Under the pieces are notes generated by a model. The model saw only the letters and a program-made list of their open reading frames with translations. It was not told where the DNA came from and did no database searches. This document shows positions 62,128 through 64,000 of a stretch of 64,000 nt of DNA, piece by piece. Position 1 is the stretch's first letter; each line of letters starts with the position of its first letter. The position numbers were made by a program, and so were the translations under genes. The stretch comes from an uncultured Eubacteriales bacterium (GTDB lineage: Bacteria; Bacillota; Clostridia; Christensenellales; CAG-138): the NCBI GenBank assembly GCA_900540495.1, contig UQGA01000002.1, forward strand, positions 61,230 through 125,229, given 5' to 3'.

Positions 62128-62159
62128 GCGGGACGGCTATGGGCCGCCCCGCATTTTTT
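62128..62159 (+). terminator. Rho-independent terminator after the GltS-like gene
   Basis: GCGGGaCGGC-tatgg-GCCGcCCCGC followed by ATTTTTTC. Confidence 0.65.
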
Positions 62160-62231
62160 CAAAATACTGCTCACATTTTCGCTCTTCCATTCGTTATCCG
62201 TGTGAAAGGCAGAGGAAAGGAGCGCCGCCGC

Positions 62232-62711
62232 ATGGTCGAACAGCTATACCCGCTGTATTTTGACGAGCTCGTGCGGTTTCTGAGCGGGCTGCTGGGCAGC
62301 CGCGCCGCCGCCGAGGATGCGGCGCAGGAGACGTTTTTGCGCGCGCTCGGCCATGCGGATCAGCTCGCCGAGATGGACAGCCCGGCCTGTCGGGCCTGGC
62401 TGTATCGCACGGCCAAGCGCATCTGTATCGACCGGTTTCGGCGCGAACGCATTGCAACGCGCCTGCCGATGGCGTCGGAGACGGCGGGGGAGGACGACCT
62501 TTCCCGCGTGGCGGTGGAGGAACTGGTCGGCCGGCTCCCGCCGCACGAGCAGGCGCTGTTCGTGATGAACGTCTTCGAGGGCTACGCCGCGCGGGATCTG
62601 GCCGAGCTGTTCGGCCTGCGGCCGGACGCGGTGCGGCAGCGGCTCTGCTCTGCGCGCGCACGGCTCAGACGCTGGTATGCGGAAACGGAAGGATGGAGGG
62701 AACGGACATGA
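62232..62711 (+). CDS. ECF-type RNA polymerase sigma-70 family factor
   Basis: 159 aa. Region 2 (AEDAAQETFLRAL, WLYRTAKRICIDRFRRE) and region 4 (LPPHEQALFVMNVFEGYAARDLAELFGLRPDAVRQRLCSARARL). Confidence 0.85.
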   Translation: MVEQLYPLYFDELVRFLSGLLGSRAAAEDAAQETFLRALGHADQLAEMDSPACRAWLYRTAKRICIDRFRRERIATRLPMASETAGEDDLSRVAVEELVGRLPPHEQALFVMNVFEGYAARDLAELFGLRPDAVRQRLCSARARLRRWYAETEGWRERT

Positions 62712-62887
62712 AGAGGACGAAACCCGGCCGGCAGGGGTTGCCGGGCGGCATGCCGGAGGGAGCCGGCGAACTGTGGGAACGGGAGGCATGGCTGCTGCGG
62801 TGCGGCCGCAGGCGGGAGGCTTTGCGGATGCGGGAGGCGCAGCGGCGCATGCCGGACGGATGGTTTGCGACCGGGATGCAGCGATGA
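62708..62887 (+). CDS. Small hypothetical protein (59 aa) translationally coupled to the ECF sigma gene
   Basis: ATGA overlap with the sigma stop. High GC3 in this frame. No TM helix and no zf-HC2 motif. Sequence MKRTKPGRQGLPGGMPEGAGELWEREAWLLRCGRRREALRMREAQRRMPDGWFATGMQR. Confidence 0.45.
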   Translation: MKRTKPGRQGLPGGMPEGAGELWEREAWLLRCGRRREALRMREAQRRMPDGWFATGMQR

Positions 62888-62904
62888 CGGAAAGGAGTAT
62901 GGGC

Positions 62905-64000
62905 ATGGAAAGACAAACGAGAAGGCTGAAGGTGAACGCCGCATTGTGCGATATGCGCGGCGCGACGGAGGAAAAGCTCTGCCAATACGAACGGTTTGAA
63001 GTAAATGCGGCGATACTCGTGACAACGCCGACGGTGCAGGCGCTTGTGGCGCGCCATGCGGCGTGCATCAATGCGGCGAACATTCTGGAGTTGCCCGAGG
63101 GGGACGACGTGCGGTTGATCACCCAGAACGGGAGAATGACCATCGGCCCCGGCAATCCACCGCCGCCCGGCCGGCTGGCGCTGGTTGTCAACGGAATGCT
63201 CACGCTGGAACCGGGCGCAGAGGCCGCGCTTGCGGACTGCATCAGCATTCTGGTGAACGGTTCGGTGCGCTGCCCGGCGAGCGTGGCCGCCGCGCTGCAG
63301 GGGCGGTTGTCGGTGAACGGCTCCATGGTGACGTATCCCGACGGCGCCATACTGCTCGGTTCCACGTTCGTGCTGGACGATACCTTCGTGCTGCGCGCGC
63401 GAGCCGCGCTGTATTATGCCGAGAGCCGCATTGTGCTGCTCGATCCGGCGGTCGATCCGGCCGCCTTGCGGGATAAGGGCGTGCGCTTTCGGACGCGGAC
63501 GGCGCTTCTTGCGCGCAGCCTCACGGCGGAAGCGGCGCCGCTGTTTGACGATGCGACGGAACTGGTCGTTCTGCCGGACGGCTGTGCGTTTGTGAACGAC
63601 GACGCCGCGCTCGACCGGGCGCTGCTCAGACGCTACGGCGGCAAGCTGTATATCAACGGCGACCTGAAGGTTGGAGCAGAAGCGGCGCCGCTGCTCGCAC
63701 AGGTCGAATTCCTGCGCGTCAACGGCGACGTCTGGGTGGCGTCTGCGGCGACGGAGGCGTTTTTGAGCGTGGACGCCAGGTACGATGCGCTCCGCCGCCT
63801 GCCGGGCCGTTGGTTGCGGGACCAGGCCCAGGCGCGGGTGGATGCCGGCCTGCTCGAGCGCAACCCGGACGGCGTGCAGGTGAGCGACTGTGCGGTGGTC
63901 GAGATTGCGGCGGATATCCTTCCGGAGACGATCGAACAGCGGCTCTCGCTTTCCGACTGCGGCACGGTGGTCTGCACGGAGGCGCAGGCGGCCGCCGTGG
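62905..64000 (+). CDS. Hypothetical cytoplasmic protein with recurring (V/I)NG-type repeats; 3' end beyond the window
   Basis: Absent from the ORF track because it has no stop. ATG at 62905 with AAGGAG 7 nt upstream. I translated 365 codons by hand and found no stop. High GC3. Motifs KVNAAL, EVNAAIL, CINAANI, VVNGMLT, LVNGSVR, SVNGSMV, YINGDLK, RVNGDVW. Confidence 0.65.
   Translation, partial: MERQTRRLKVNAALCDMRGATEEKLCQYERFEVNAAILVTTPTVQALVARHAACINAANILELPEGDDVRLITQNGRMTIGPGNPPPPGRLALVVNGMLTLEPGAEAALADCISILVNGSVRCPASVAAALQGRLSVNGSMVTYPDGAILLGSTFVLDDTFVLRARAALYYAESRIVLLDPAVDPAALRDKGVRFRTRTALLARSLTAEAAPLFDDATELVVLPDGCAFVNDDAALDRALLRRYGGKLYINGDLKVGAEAAPLLAQVEFLRVNGDVWVASAATEAFLSVDARYDALRRLPGRWLRDQAQARVDAGLLERNPDGVQVSDCAVVEIAADILPETIEQRLSLSDCGTVVCTEAQAAAV

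Overview
The window is a 64-kb chromosomal segment with very high GC. Lines I hand-counted are about 65-70% GC, with a few AT-richer islands. The gene content and signals look like a high-GC Firmicutes/Clostridia (Oscillospiraceae-like) genome. The supporting signs are strong GGAGG Shine-Dalgarno sites, sigmaA-type promoters, a YtvI-like sporulation membrane protein, an L10 leader, and frequent ATGA/GTGA overlaps between genes. This taxon call is inference only.

Gene order, left to right:
- a PhnCDE-type ABC importer followed by a 5'-nucleotidase without a signal peptide
- a minus-strand galacto-N-biose/lacto-N-biose cluster (sugar ABC transporter, GH112 phosphorylase, N-acetylhexosamine 1-kinase) with a divergent AraC regulator
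- a roughly 1.8-kb lower-GC, frameshifted fragment of a mobile-element polyvalent protein, abutting a stand-alone tRNA-Ala(CGC)
- feoAB and a 53-aa ORF that falls below the ORF-track cutoff
- an AI-2E/YtvI transporter, mntP, an HD hydrolase and a nitroreductase
- a zinc-ribbon pseudokinase and a lipoprotein M3 peptidase
- ddl-murF, an acyltransferase-3 gene and a TSCPD gene
- an M29 aminopeptidase and tldD/pmbA
- the rpmG-secE-nusG-rplKAJL cluster with an L10 leader. This cluster is not followed by rpoBC. It is followed by a trimodular M15D-SH3b-M14 lipoprotein
- a Nudix hydrolase, a type III glutamine synthetase with a 525-nt upstream region, udk, a GNAT, an RsmF-like methyltransferase and an LbH acetyltransferase
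- an overlapping-codon operon of ABC ATPase, surface beta-sandwich protein and FtsX/MacB permease
- an ACT/UPF0210 pair, a YbaK-like deacylase and a second M29 aminopeptidase
- an 883-aa mosaic envelope protein, VanZ, a polysaccharide deacetylase, a MATE pump, a PlsC-like acyltransferase and a GltS-like symporter
- an ECF sigma operon that runs off the right edge

No CRISPR array, rRNA gene or intact mobile element was seen.

The observations I rate most worth a second look:
- the ECF sigma / 59-aa ORF / VNG-repeat protein operon
- the ATPase / beta-sandwich / FtsX triad
- the M15D-SH3b-M14 lipoprotein that replaces rpoBC downstream of rplL
- four envelope genes whose ATG sits exactly at the predicted +1 of a promoter, suggesting leaderless mRNAs
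- the polyvalent-protein scar beside the tRNA

Many long ORFs in the supplied track are antisense shadows of real genes, as expected at this GC content, and I rejected them. All homology statements come from recognising motifs by eye. No database search was run.
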